A DNA stretch of 64,000 bases from a bacterium (GTDB taxonomy: Bacteria > Myxococcota_A > Bradymonadia > REDH01): contig JAUICO010000006.1 in the NCBI GenBank assembly GCA_030427825.1, forward strand, positions 16 to 64,015, in the 5' to 3' direction. The translations under genes and the position numbers were made by a program. Positions 38,475 to 47,019 of this stretch are shown here, one piece after another. Position 1 is the stretch's first letter. Each line of letters starts with the position of its first letter. Below the pieces are notes generated by a model. That model had not been told where the DNA came from and searched no databases. It was given only the letters and a program-made list of their open reading frames with translations.

Positions 38475-40217
38475 TCAGTTGCCATGGCCCGGTCCGACGA
38501 TTCTTGAGCGCCACTCGTGGTACACGAATCGCGGCGAGTGCTCGTCGTTGTGGCAGGTCGTGCAGACCGCGGGCGGTGTGTCTCGCGCGACTCCGTGCTC
38601 CGAATCGGTCCATTCGGCGGGTGACGCCGCGTGCAGGGATCCGGGGCCGTGGCAGGACTCACACTGGACATTCTCCAGGCCGTCGGTGTGTCCGAGTGTC
38701 GAGCCCCCGGGCTGCCGCCAGCCGGTGACGTGGCAACCGACGCAGCTACGATCGTACTCCTTGTCGCGATCGACAAGCGTCTGGATCGCATGGCTGTGGT
38801 TGGTGGTCTGCCAGAAGGCGTAGGCGTCGCCGTGGCATCCGCGACAGGTTTCAGCCCCGACGTAGCTCGCCGCGCCCTCCGCGGCGGGCTGCGGAGGTGG
38901 AGCGTTCGCCAGGTTGATCTCGGCGAGCCCCCGGTTCCAGGTCTCTCGGCGGAAGCGAATCTCGTCGTCCTCTGGGAGTCCGGGTTCGATAGGGATGGGC
39001 TCGTACAGGAAGCGCGGGCCGCCGGCGTCGAAGGCCGGCGCGCTGCCTGCCATCGCGTCGAGACTTGTGGCGAATCCGGAGCGCCGCTCAACGAGGGCGC
39101 CGAGGATCGGTGGCGGTGCCGCCGGATCCGGACTTGCGGCTTCGATCTGCGCGATCTGCGCGTCCAGCTCGGCGATCACCTCGCTGAGACGCGCCCGCTC
39201 CGCATCGCTCCCGCTGACGGCATTCCTCCAGCTCGTGGTCGCTGTGGCGCCGTGGGTGGGGCGATGCAGCTTCAGGCGCCCGACGTAGCGGCCCTGGTCG
39301 TGGGCTTCGAGCGTCCACGCACCGCCGATCTGTTCCAGCTCGTCCGTCTGGCGCGGATCGACGCCGATCACGATGAAGTCGATACCGGCGGCGCCTCGCA
39401 GCTGGGCTCTGGCGCCGTCAATGTCTCCGGCGAAGAGAAGGACAACGGTCTCGGCGCCGCCCTGACGTGCGGCTTCCGCTGCTGCCGTGGCCGCGTCCGC
39501 TGCTGCCGTGGTCGTCACCCCGTCCATGCGAAAGAGTGCCGGATCAACAGCGCCCACGATCCCGATCGTCTCGCTGCTGCCGTCGCCCGACTCCACGACC
39601 ACCTGTATCTGCGCTTCGGGTTGGGCGCCATCGTCAAAGCCCAGGTTGGCCGCGAGGATGTGTATCCCCGTGCCGGCGAACTGTTCGCGGTAAAAGTCGG
39701 CCCCCAGGGCGAGGTCGTTGGGTCCGGGCACCGTGGCGACGACGTTCATGCGCCGCAGGGCATCGACGATGAGAGGGGCCTTACTGCGCTCCTGCGGAAT
39801 GTCCGCCGGATCGAGGTCCGGCCAGGCGAAAAGGGTGTTGCCCGCGTCGACCACCACGCTCCCACCGGCAGTCGCCGCTGCACTGCGTGTAAAGCCCACA
39901 ACGCGTTCGATACCGCCCAGAAGCAGGTCTTCGGTACAGCCGCAGGGCTCTGTGTAGCCCTTGAGACCGGCAATGATCAGCACGGAAGGGGCGTCCGGAC
40001 GAGGATCCGCAACTTCGACGCTCCCCGCCGCCGGCCCCGCCGGCCGGGTCTGAGCCGCACGGTCCGACGCGACGTGTCCGGCCGCGTCTACGCCCGAAGC
40101 ACCGTTACCGCGTTTGCACCCCGTCGCGCCACCGAGGGTCACAACAAGCACAAATGCAGTGAGAGTCCAGCTCACCGAACTCCGATATACCTCGGCGAGA
40201 CGGGAATTTGGGCCCAA
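38475..40217 (-). CDS. Multihaem c-type cytochrome lipoprotein with four CxxCH motifs and a large N-terminal domain. Start probably the TTG near 40217.
   Basis: C-terminal CRGCH, CVGCH, CESCH and CTTCH motifs. Signal peptide + lipobox (LVVTLGGATGC) after a GGGGGGG Shine-Dalgarno. The region upstream of 40217 is a hairpin element, not coding. Confidence 0.65.
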   Translation of the reverse strand: MGPNSRLAEVYRSSVSWTLTAFVLVVTLGGATGCKRGNGASGVDAAGHVASDRAAQTRPAGPAAGSVEVADPRPDAPSVLIIAGLKGYTEPCGCTEDLLLGGIERVVGFTRSAAATAGGSVVVDAGNTLFAWPDLDPADIPQERSKAPLIVDALRRMNVVATVPGPNDLALGADFYREQFAGTGIHILAANLGFDDGAQPEAQIQVVVESGDGSSETIGIVGAVDPALFRMDGVTTTAAADAATAAAEAARQGGAETVVLLFAGDIDGARAQLRGAAGIDFIVIGVDPRQTDELEQIGGAWTLEAHDQGRYVGRLKLHRPTHGATATTSWRNAVSGSDAERARLSEVIAELDAQIAQIEAASPDPAAPPPILGALVERRSGFATSLDAMAGSAPAFDAGGPRFLYEPIPIEPGLPEDDEIRFRRETWNRGLAEINLANAPPPQPAAEGAASYVGAETCRGCHGDAYAFWQTTNHSHAIQTLVDRDKEYDRSCVGCHVTGWRQPGGSTLGHTDGLENVQCESCHGPGSLHAASPAEWTDSEHGVARDTPPAVCTTCHNDEHSPRFVYHEWRSRIVGPGHGN

Positions 40218-40292
40218 ACTCGACCCCCCCAAAGGGTCAAGGGAACTTCGTTCCCTTGCGGGGGTGCAGGGGGCAGAGCCCCCGCCCACGCC
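40218..40292. repeat. GC-rich double-hairpin element in the 5' region of the cytochrome gene.
   Basis: CAAGGGAAC-ttcg-GTTCCCTTG (9-bp stem) followed by GGGGGcagagCCCCC. Possibly a distant relative of the 7.8-13.9 kb element family (shared ccaaagggt and gcagagc strings). Confidence 0.4.
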
Positions 40293-40315
40293 TGCGCCAT
40301 CACGGAGGTCTACAT

Positions 40316-41035
40316 TCACGCAACGGCGCGTCGCAGCAGGGTGTCGATGTATTTGTCGATCCATGCCTGTGCGACTCCGGCCTTTGGATACAGGGCTTCG
40401 AGTGCTCGGAACGCTCGGTGGTGCACTCGATGTTCCCCGTTACGCCGAGCTTCGGATTCCGTCAGTGGTGGCGCGACCCAGTGGCAGATCTCGTGGTACA
40501 TGACGTACTCGACCACGAAGGGCGGGATGGTGGCATCATCGAGCACCGGGTGCAGGCGGATCTCGCCCGTTGTGTTTCGCAGGGAGCCCAGTCGCAGGGA
40601 GCCGCCTTTCCGGATGGCCTTGCGGCCCCAGGTGACCTTGAGGCCGCGACCTCGATCAGGTTGTGGGAGGTGCGTCAGTGCGCTCTGGTAGACGGCTTCA
40701 AGATCAATGTGGCGCGGCTCGTGCGAGGACTTCGTCGCCGCCGCGTCGTAGATTCCGAGGGGGCCGATGCGCTGGGACGCACGGTCGAGAAGCTCTCGAA
40801 TACGGGTTCGCATGAAGCCGCCGCCTGAGAGAGCGCGGGTGAAAAGCGCGGTGAATTCTGGGTCGTCGACGATGGTCCAGTGTACGCGGGCTGTGTACAC
40901 CCGGTCGTCGGGCCGCGAGAGCGTGACTGACGGGATGCGGTTTGCGGTGACGACAAGGCGGCTCAGCGACCGCGCCGTGGCGGGCAGACCGGCGTCTGCA
41001 CGTCGGAGCAATCGGGTAGCCCGTGTGCGCATGAC
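40316..41035 (-). CDS. DUF45 / YgjP-like (M48-type HExxH) metal-dependent hydrolase. Start uncertain; the listed ORF overlaps valS by 200 nt.
   Basis: WGRKAIRKGGSLRLGSLRNTTGEIRLHPVL...VVEYVMYHEICH matches the YgjP/DUF45 core (WGSC...I.LN..L...P...I.YV..HEL.H). Confidence 0.55.
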   Translation of the reverse strand, partial: VMRTRATRLLRRADAGLPATARSLSRLVVTANRIPSVTLSRPDDRVYTARVHWTIVDDPEFTALFTRALSGGGFMRTRIRELLDRASQRIGPLGIYDAAATKSSHEPRHIDLEAVYQSALTHLPQPDRGRGLKVTWGRKAIRKGGSLRLGSLRNTTGEIRLHPVLDDATIPPFVVEYVMYHEICHWVAPPLTESEARRNGEHRVHHRAFRALEALYPKAGVAQAWIDKYIDTLLRRAVA

Positions 41036-41171
41036 GTCGGGCGAGGGCGCGCCCTCGGGCCAGGCGTTCTCGCGGTAAATCCGCACGCGCCTGTCGACGG
41101 GTGCGGTGTACAGCGGAAGACTCAGCTGCACCGGCGAGAGCTGCGGGTCGAATTCGATCACGCTGCCAATG

Positions 41172-43928
41172 TTATACCGATTCGAGGCGACGCAAGCCGG
41201 CATCCAGCGCTGCGCGGGCTTCCTGAGCCTCTGCGAGCTTCGCGCGGTCTTTCGCGATGACCGCGGCAGGAGCGTTGTCGACAAAGCGGGGATTGCCGAG
41301 CTTCTTCTCGAAGAAGGCAATATCCGTGTCGACTTTCGCGATGGCCTTCGTGATGCGTTCGCGTTCGGCATCGACGTCGATGAGTCCTTTCAGCGGCACG
41401 ATGATCTCGGTACCGGATTCCACAGCGGTGGCTGCTGCTGACGGGCGCTCAATATCGGAGGAATGGACGCTGATCTTATCAACGCGCGCCAGCTTTCGGA
41501 CGTAGCCGGCGGCGGCGCCCAGGGATGCCTGAAAGGAGGGGTCGTCGTTGATCAACATGACCTCGGGCAGCGCCTTACCCATCGACAGGTTGGATTCGCC
41601 GCGGATGCGTCGGACGCCGGTGACAATCGAGGTCACGGCCTGCACTGCGCGAGCGTCGTCTTCAAAGACGGGGATGTCTTCTGCGCGGGGCCACGCTGCG
41701 GTCGCGAGGAATTCGGAGTCACGGTTGTGCACGGGTACGGCGGCCCAGATCTCTTCGGTCACGAAGGGGATGAAGGGGTGCAGCAGGCGCAGAATGATGT
41801 CGAGTGTGTGCGCGAGCACTGTGCGGGTTGTGTTGAGGTCGCCCGGGTAGTCGTCGTCGCTGGCGTACATGACGGGCTTGGTCAGCTCGAGATACCAGTC
41901 ACAGAACTCGTGCCAGACGAAGTTGTACAGCGCCTGCGCGGCTTCCGAGAATCGGAAGTCCTGTAGCGCGGACTCCACAGTGGCCGTCGTGTGATGCAGG
42001 CGCGTGAGCAGCCAGCGATCGGCCGGCGAGAGCTGCGCTGCGCTCGGGTCGAGGGGCTGCGGCTCGTAGCCTTCGAGGTTCATCAGGGTGAAGCGTGCCG
42101 CGTTCCACAGCTTGTTCACGAAGGCTTTGTAGCCTTCGACCCGCTTCACATCGAGTTTGATGTCTCGGCCGGCGGCGGCGTACATCGCGAGGGTCAGCCG
42201 CAGGGCGTCCGCACCCTGAGGCGCGATGCCCTCGGGGAAGTCGCGGAGCAGCATCTGATAGGTCTCGCGCTCCTGCTCATCGAGGTCTTCGGCTTTCACG
42301 CCGTCGATGAGATGCAGCGGGTCGATGACGTTGCCCTTGGTCTTGGACATCTTGTGGCCGTCTTTGTCCCGCACCATCGCGTGCAGAAAGACGGTCTTGA
42401 AGGGCACTTCGTCCATGAAGTGCAGCCCGAAGAAGATCATGCGGGCGACCCAGAAGAAGATGATGTCGAAGCCGGTCTCCATGACCGTCGTCGGGTAGAA
42501 CTTCTTCAGATCGTCCGTATTTTCGGGCCAGCCGAGGGTGGTGAAGGGCCAGAGCCCGGAGCTGAACCAGGTGTCGAGGACGTCTTCATCGCGCTGGAGC
42601 GACGAGGACCTGCAGTGCGCGCAGCACTCCGGCGCCGTGGTCGCCACGGTCGGCTCGCCGCAGTCGTCGCAGTGCCATGCAGGCACCCGATGCCCCCACC
42701 AGAGTTGCCTGGAGATGCACCAGTCGCGGATGTTCTCCATCCAGTGAAAGTAGGTCTTCTCCCAGCTCTCGGGCACGAACTGGATGCGGTTGTCGCGCAC
42801 GGCGGCGATCGCCGGCTCGGCCAGGGGCTGCATGCGTACGAACCACTGGCGGCCCACGGAGAGCGGCTCCACGATGGCACCGCTGCGTTGCGAGCGGCCG
42901 GGCATGAAGCGATACGGCTCTTCCTTTACAAGGAGGCCGAGCCCTTCGAGATCGGCGAGAACCTTCCTGCGGGCTTCGCTGCGATCCAGCCCGGCGTAGT
43001 CGGCAGGGCAGGTGTCCAGCATGCAGGCGTCGAGTCCGATAACCTGAATGCGCTCCAGATTGTTTCGGCGTCCGGTCTCGAAGTCATTGAAGTCGTGGGC
43101 CGGTGTGATCTTCACAGCGCCGGAGCCGAACTCCATGTCTGCGGCTTCGGCGTCGCAGATGATGGGGATCAGGCGGTTTGAGATCGGCACGACGGCGTTC
43201 TTCCCGTGCAGGTGGGAGTAGCGCGGGTCGTCCGGGTGAATCGCCACGGCGGTGTCGCCGAGCAGGGTTTCGGGCCGTGTTGTGGCCACGGTGAGGGTCT
43301 CGTCGGAGCCCTCGATGGGGTAGGCGATGTGCCAGAGAAAGCCGTCTTCTTCCTCCTGCTCGACTTCGAGGTCGGAGAGCACGGTCTTTGCGACCGGATC
43401 CCAGTTCACCAGTCTCTCTTCGCGATAGATGAGGCCTTCTTCGTAGAGGCGCACGAACACTTCGTTTACGGCGCGGCTCAGGCCCTCGTCCATGGTGAAT
43501 CGTTCGCGGGACCAGTCGACGCTGGCGCCCATGCGGCGGATCTGGAAGGTGATTCGATCACCATACCTGTCCTTCCACTCCCAGACCTTCTCCAGGAAGC
43601 GCTCGCGGCCCAGCTCCTGGCGGGTGATCCCCTGGCGTGCGAGGTCCCGTTCGACGACTGTCTGCGTGGCGATTCCGGCGTGATCGGTGCCGGGCAGCCA
43701 GAGGGCTTCGTAGCCGGACATCCGCTTCCACCGAATCAGGACGTCCTGAATCGTGTCTGTGAGGGCATGGCCCATGTGCAGCGAGCCGGTGACGTTCGGC
43801 GGCGGGATGACGATGGTATAGGGTTCGCGCTCACTCTTCGGGTCCGCGATGAAGCAGCCGGAGCTTTCCCAGCGCTCGTACCAGCGGGATTCGATATCGG
43901 CGGGTTTGTAATCTTTGGGCAGGTTCAT
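41172..43928 (-). CDS. valS: Valine--tRNA ligase. Start reset to the ATG at 43928.
   Basis: [17 protein letters not shown]...[14 protein letters not shown] (HIGH), KMSKTKGN (KMSKS), C-terminal coiled coil. 918 aa. Confidence 0.95.
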   Translation of the reverse strand: MNLPKDYKPADIESRWYERWESSGCFIADPKSEREPYTIVIPPPNVTGSLHMGHALTDTIQDVLIRWKRMSGYEALWLPGTDHAGIATQTVVERDLARQGITRQELGRERFLEKVWEWKDRYGDRITFQIRRMGASVDWSRERFTMDEGLSRAVNEVFVRLYEEGLIYREERLVNWDPVAKTVLSDLEVEQEEEDGFLWHIAYPIEGSDETLTVATTRPETLLGDTAVAIHPDDPRYSHLHGKNAVVPISNRLIPIICDAEAADMEFGSGAVKITPAHDFNDFETGRRNNLERIQVIGLDACMLDTCPADYAGLDRSEARRKVLADLEGLGLLVKEEPYRFMPGRSQRSGAIVEPLSVGRQWFVRMQPLAEPAIAAVRDNRIQFVPESWEKTYFHWMENIRDWCISRQLWWGHRVPAWHCDDCGEPTVATTAPECCAHCRSSSLQRDEDVLDTWFSSGLWPFTTLGWPENTDDLKKFYPTTVMETGFDIIFFWVARMIFFGLHFMDEVPFKTVFLHAMVRDKDGHKMSKTKGNVIDPLHLIDGVKAEDLDEQERETYQMLLRDFPEGIAPQGADALRLTLAMYAAAGRDIKLDVKRVEGYKAFVNKLWNAARFTLMNLEGYEPQPLDPSAAQLSPADRWLLTRLHHTTATVESALQDFRFSEAAQALYNFVWHEFCDWYLELTKPVMYASDDDYPGDLNTTRTVLAHTLDIILRLLHPFIPFVTEEIWAAVPVHNRDSEFLATAAWPRAEDIPVFEDDARAVQAVTSIVTGVRRIRGESNLSMGKALPEVMLINDDPSFQASLGAAAGYVRKLARVDKISVHSSDIERPSAAATAVESGTEIIVPLKGLIDVDAERERITKAIAKVDTDIAFFEKKLGNPRFVDNAPAAVIAKDRAKLAEAQEARAALDAGLRRLESV

Positions 43929-44217
43929 GGCGTGCCGCGGTGGTGTCTGAGTAGGTGGTGTTCGATCAGCGGGCTGAAGTCGGTCGCACGCATTGGGCCA
44001 ACCGGCTGCGTGTGGCAATAGCGAAGCGTGGGAGGTCGTGGCACCGTCACACCATCTGCGGGTCGAATCGGTGGGCAGACGGGCCGTCTCGATCGCCGGG
44101 CACGTACCGCGGCGCTGCCAGGTCACCCGGCCGACAAAGCCGTTGCTGCCTGCAATGCCTCGTCGGTTGGGCGTCGACTTGCGGTGCCCGGGCGCGATGA
44201 CGCCCCCAGCAGAGGGG

Positions 44218-45327
44218 TCAGCTGTTGCGGTTCATCCGGCCTTCCGCGATGCGCGGCAGGTCGTTTGCGACGAAGGCATCCACCTTGCGGACCGCGTACT
44301 CGACGACTTTTTCGCGAAGCTGTTCGCGGAGCACGTCAGAGATGGCTTCTTTGACGAGGCCGGGCACGACTTCGCGCACGATGGCTCGGAGTTCTTCGCG
44401 AGACACAACGATCTGGTCGGCGGGTACGGCGGGTGCTGCCGGGGCCGGGGCAACGGGTGCGGCGGGTGCGGCGGGCACCTGCGCGACCGGGACCTGCGCG
44501 ACGGGAGCCGCGGCGACGGGAGCCGCGGCGATGGGCGTCGGGGGCCTGGGCGGTACCTGAGCCGGGGGCCGCGGGGGAGCCGCGGGGGTTGCGGGAACGG
44601 TCGGGGTCGGGGGGAGGCCCGGAGCGGCCGATACAGCCGGCGCCTCGCTCGCTGCGGCCGCGGAATCGTCGCTGCTTTCGCCGTCGCTGCGGCCTTCGTC
44701 GTCTACGGCAGGCGCCTGGCCTGTGGCGATGTCGTCCGTGCCTGCTGCGGCCGCGGAATCGTCGCTGCTCGTTTCATCGGCGGACGCTGCTGCAGGCGCA
44801 TCGGTTTCTGCGGGAGCAGCGGGTGTTACGGAGGGCACCTGGACCGTGCCGACCTGATCGGTCACGACGGTCGCCGCAGCTTCCGCAGCTTCCGGAGCTT
44901 CCGGAGCTTCCGGAGCTTCTGCGGCTTCTTCCGGTGCGGCTGCGCTTTCTGCCTGCGGAGATGTGCTCTGCAGGGCGGCGACCGCATCCAGCAGATCCTC
45001 CGTGCGGAACGGCTTTTTCAGCTTTGCCGATGCGCCGCAGTCGTTGAACGCGCTCTCATCGAGGCCGTGGTGGTCTCCGTAGAGCAGCAGCACGGCGGTG
45101 CTGCCGAGCTCGGACGTGGAACGAATCGCGCGCGCGAGGTCGTATCCGCTGCGGCCGGGGAGGTTGTAGTCGACGATGGCGACGGCGGGGCTGTGGTCGA
45201 GGGCGGCTCGAAGGCCTGCCTCCGCGGTATCCGCGGTGACGACCTCTTTGCCAGAGCCGTGAAAGGCCCACTCAACAACCGTGCAAACGGTTCGGCTGTC
45301 GTCGACGATCAGGATCGTATCGGTCAT
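44218..45327 (-). CDS. Response regulator with an N-terminal receiver domain, a ~200-aa Pro/Ala/Glu-rich disordered linker and a short conserved C-terminal helical domain (RomR-like architecture).
   Basis: [22 protein letters not shown]...[21 protein letters not shown] is a CheY-like receiver. The linker has [27 protein letters not shown] and similar motifs. C-terminal [39 protein letters not shown]. Confidence 0.7.
   Translation of the reverse strand: MTDTILIVDDSRTVCTVVEWAFHGSGKEVVTADTAEAGLRAALDHSPAVAIVDYNLPGRSGYDLARAIRSTSELGSTAVLLLYGDHHGLDESAFNDCGASAKLKKPFRTEDLLDAVAALQSTSPQAESAAAPEEAAEAPEAPEAPEAAEAAATVVTDQVGTVQVPSVTPAAPAETDAPAAASADETSSDDSAAAAGTDDIATGQAPAVDDEGRSDGESSDDSAAAASEAPAVSAAPGLPPTPTVPATPAAPPRPPAQVPPRPPTPIAAAPVAAAPVAQVPVAQVPAAPAAPVAPAPAAPAVPADQIVVSREELRAIVREVVPGLVKEAISDVLREQLREKVVEYAVRKVDAFVANDLPRIAEGRMNRNS
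44440..44960. repeat. Coding tandem and dispersed short DNA repeats inside the response-regulator linker.
   Basis: ggagcttcc x4 (44885-44920). gcgacgggagccgcg x2. A ~25-nt repeat ctgcggccgcggaatcgtcgctgct at ~44651 and ~44741. gcggcgggtgcggcgggc. Confidence 0.7.
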
Positions 45328-45457
45328 CGGCAGGTTTCCGACGGGAGGTTGGAACGCAGCTCAGCGCCCCCTTTTGCGGGCCGCCACTGCATTTTCGACG
45401 CTACCATCGAGCAGCGAAGGTGGTCAACAAAGCCCGGCTTTGCGCAACAATCTCGGC

Positions 45458-46006
45458 TCAGGTGGGGGGCGGCAGGGGGCGTAGCGGTCGCCGCTGACCG
45501 AAGATCTCGACAGTGTACCCTGCCCCGTCGTGGTCCAGGTTCGCGGTCACCGTTCGGTACGCGGCGTCGATGAGACGGGCCTGTCCGCGCGCGAACTCTG
45601 CCGTGATCACCTCGTCGCCATCCGTGGCCAGCGTTGCCGTGTCCAGCGGCTCTTTGCTGCCGTCGGCGAACGTGGCGGTGAGATCTTTCCGGCCGTCACC
45701 CGGGGCGGAGCTCGTGATGGCCTGCACGAAGTGGCCCCAGCGCTCGACGCTGACGGGGTAGGTGTAGGGCGGAATCGTCAGGATCCAGGTGCCGGCAGCG
45801 GTCTGGGAGAGGGAGCGGTGAAAGAGTTTTGCGAGTCTGCTGTGGGAGAAGGGCACGCCTTCATGGCGCCAACGGCCGTCCGCGCCGAGGGTGATATCGT
45901 CGAGAGCGGCACCGCCGGAGAGGAAGCCGCGCACCCGCTCGGGCACGTCGGGGTCGTCGACCACAGCCGAGCGAAGATCTTCGAGTTTGGCGTCGCGCGA
46001 GTTCAT
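45458..46006 (-). CDS. DUF1285-like protein. Start reset to the ATG at 46006.
   Basis: DGRWRHEGVPFSHSRLAKLFHRSL...WILTIPPYTYPVSVERWGHFV resembles the DUF1285 consensus (dG.W.y.G.pI.r..l.kLF..vL). 182 aa. Confidence 0.45.
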   Translation of the reverse strand: MNSRDAKLEDLRSAVVDDPDVPERVRGFLSGGAALDDITLGADGRWRHEGVPFSHSRLAKLFHRSLSQTAAGTWILTIPPYTYPVSVERWGHFVQAITSSAPGDGRKDLTATFADGSKEPLDTATLATDGDEVITAEFARGQARLIDAAYRTVTANLDHDGAGYTVEIFGQRRPLRPLPPPT

Positions 46007-46206
46007 GGCATACCTGCGAAAGTAAGGGGGGCATCGACGTGGCCTGCGCGCATGTTTTGCGAAGGGCCCGCGCCGGGTGTATTGCACGATGTGAGCGTAT
46101 ATCCCGCACCGCATTCGGCGTGACAACCCGGACAGTCTCCTGTAAGGGTTGCGGCCGTTGTGCGTCCATAGCGGGTTGAAAGACACTGCACGCAGAGAGT
46201 GAGATT

Positions 46207-47019
46207 ATGACGATGTTCCGAGCCACAATCATTGCCGTGGTGTGCCTGTTTTTCGCAGCGCCCGTGTTGGCGCAGAGCGAAGCTGAAGAGGCGGGAAACC
46301 GCGCGATTGACGCTGTGACCGGCGGTTCCGACGACGGGGGAGACTCCGCGGAAGGCGCTGCCGATGTCGAAGCCGCGGGGGCGGACGGCGAAGAAGCTGA
46401 CGACGCTGACGACACGGTGACCGGCGACGGCGTGAACCCGAACGACACGGGTAGCGGCGTGGCAGGCGCGTTGGACGACGGCAGCTACGGTCTTCGAATC
46501 GAAGAGCTTGAGGATCAGGTCAACGAGCTGAAGGAGGACGTGTTCCGCTCGAAGTCGCGCCTGTTCCTGCTTCGTGAGCAGATCCTACAGGACAACATCG
46601 GTGGAGCCCGCGCCATCATTGAGCACAAGAGTGAGTTCGGGAACCGACTCCTGATCACGCAGGTGCTCTACAGTCTCGACGGCGACCTGGTGTTCAGCAC
46701 GACCGCCGAAGAGGCGGAGGTCGACTCTCTCGACGACATCCTGATCATGAACGACGCCATTCTACCCGGCCCGCACAACATCTCAGTGCAGATGAGCATA
46801 GAGGGTAACAGCAGTTTCTTTTCGTACCTCAACGGATACCACTTCACGATCACCTCGTCTGAGGCCTTCTCGGTAGAGCAGGGGCAGACGGCTGAGGTTG
46901 ATGTCGTGGCATTTGAGCGTGGCGACTCGAACGAGCCCTTCGAGGAGCGACCTACGGTCCGCTTCGAAGTGGATCTCTACGCCACGACTGAAGTTGAAGG
47001 CACCGACGGAGGATCATGA
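46207..47019 (+). CDS. Secreted protein with an acidic N-terminal region. First gene of the envelope-machine cluster.
   Basis: Signal peptide (MTMFRATIIAVVCLFFAAPVLAQS), D/G/E-rich segment, then a ~150-aa domain. Its stop overlaps the next start as ATGA. Confidence 0.5.
   Translation: MTMFRATIIAVVCLFFAAPVLAQSEAEEAGNRAIDAVTGGSDDGGDSAEGAADVEAAGADGEEADDADDTVTGDGVNPNDTGSGVAGALDDGSYGLRIEELEDQVNELKEDVFRSKSRLFLLREQILQDNIGGARAIIEHKSEFGNRLLITQVLYSLDGDLVFSTTAEEAEVDSLDDILIMNDAILPGPHNISVQMSIEGNSSFFSYLNGYHFTITSSEAFSVEQGQTAEVDVVAFERGDSNEPFEERPTVRFEVDLYATTEVEGTDGGS

Noticed and set aside
43929-44126. 66-codon N-terminal extension of the listed valS ORF
   Set aside because: ValS homology (NLPKDYKP..., HIGH motif) begins at the ATG at 43928. 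The upstream residues are unconserved low-complexity.
44440-44960. Possible CRISPR-like or VNTR array suggested by short direct DNA repeats
   Set aside because: The repeats are in-frame inside the response-regulator linker, encode PEAPEA and AAPVA peptides, have no spacer/repeat regularity and no cas genes. They are coding tandem repeats, not CRISPR.
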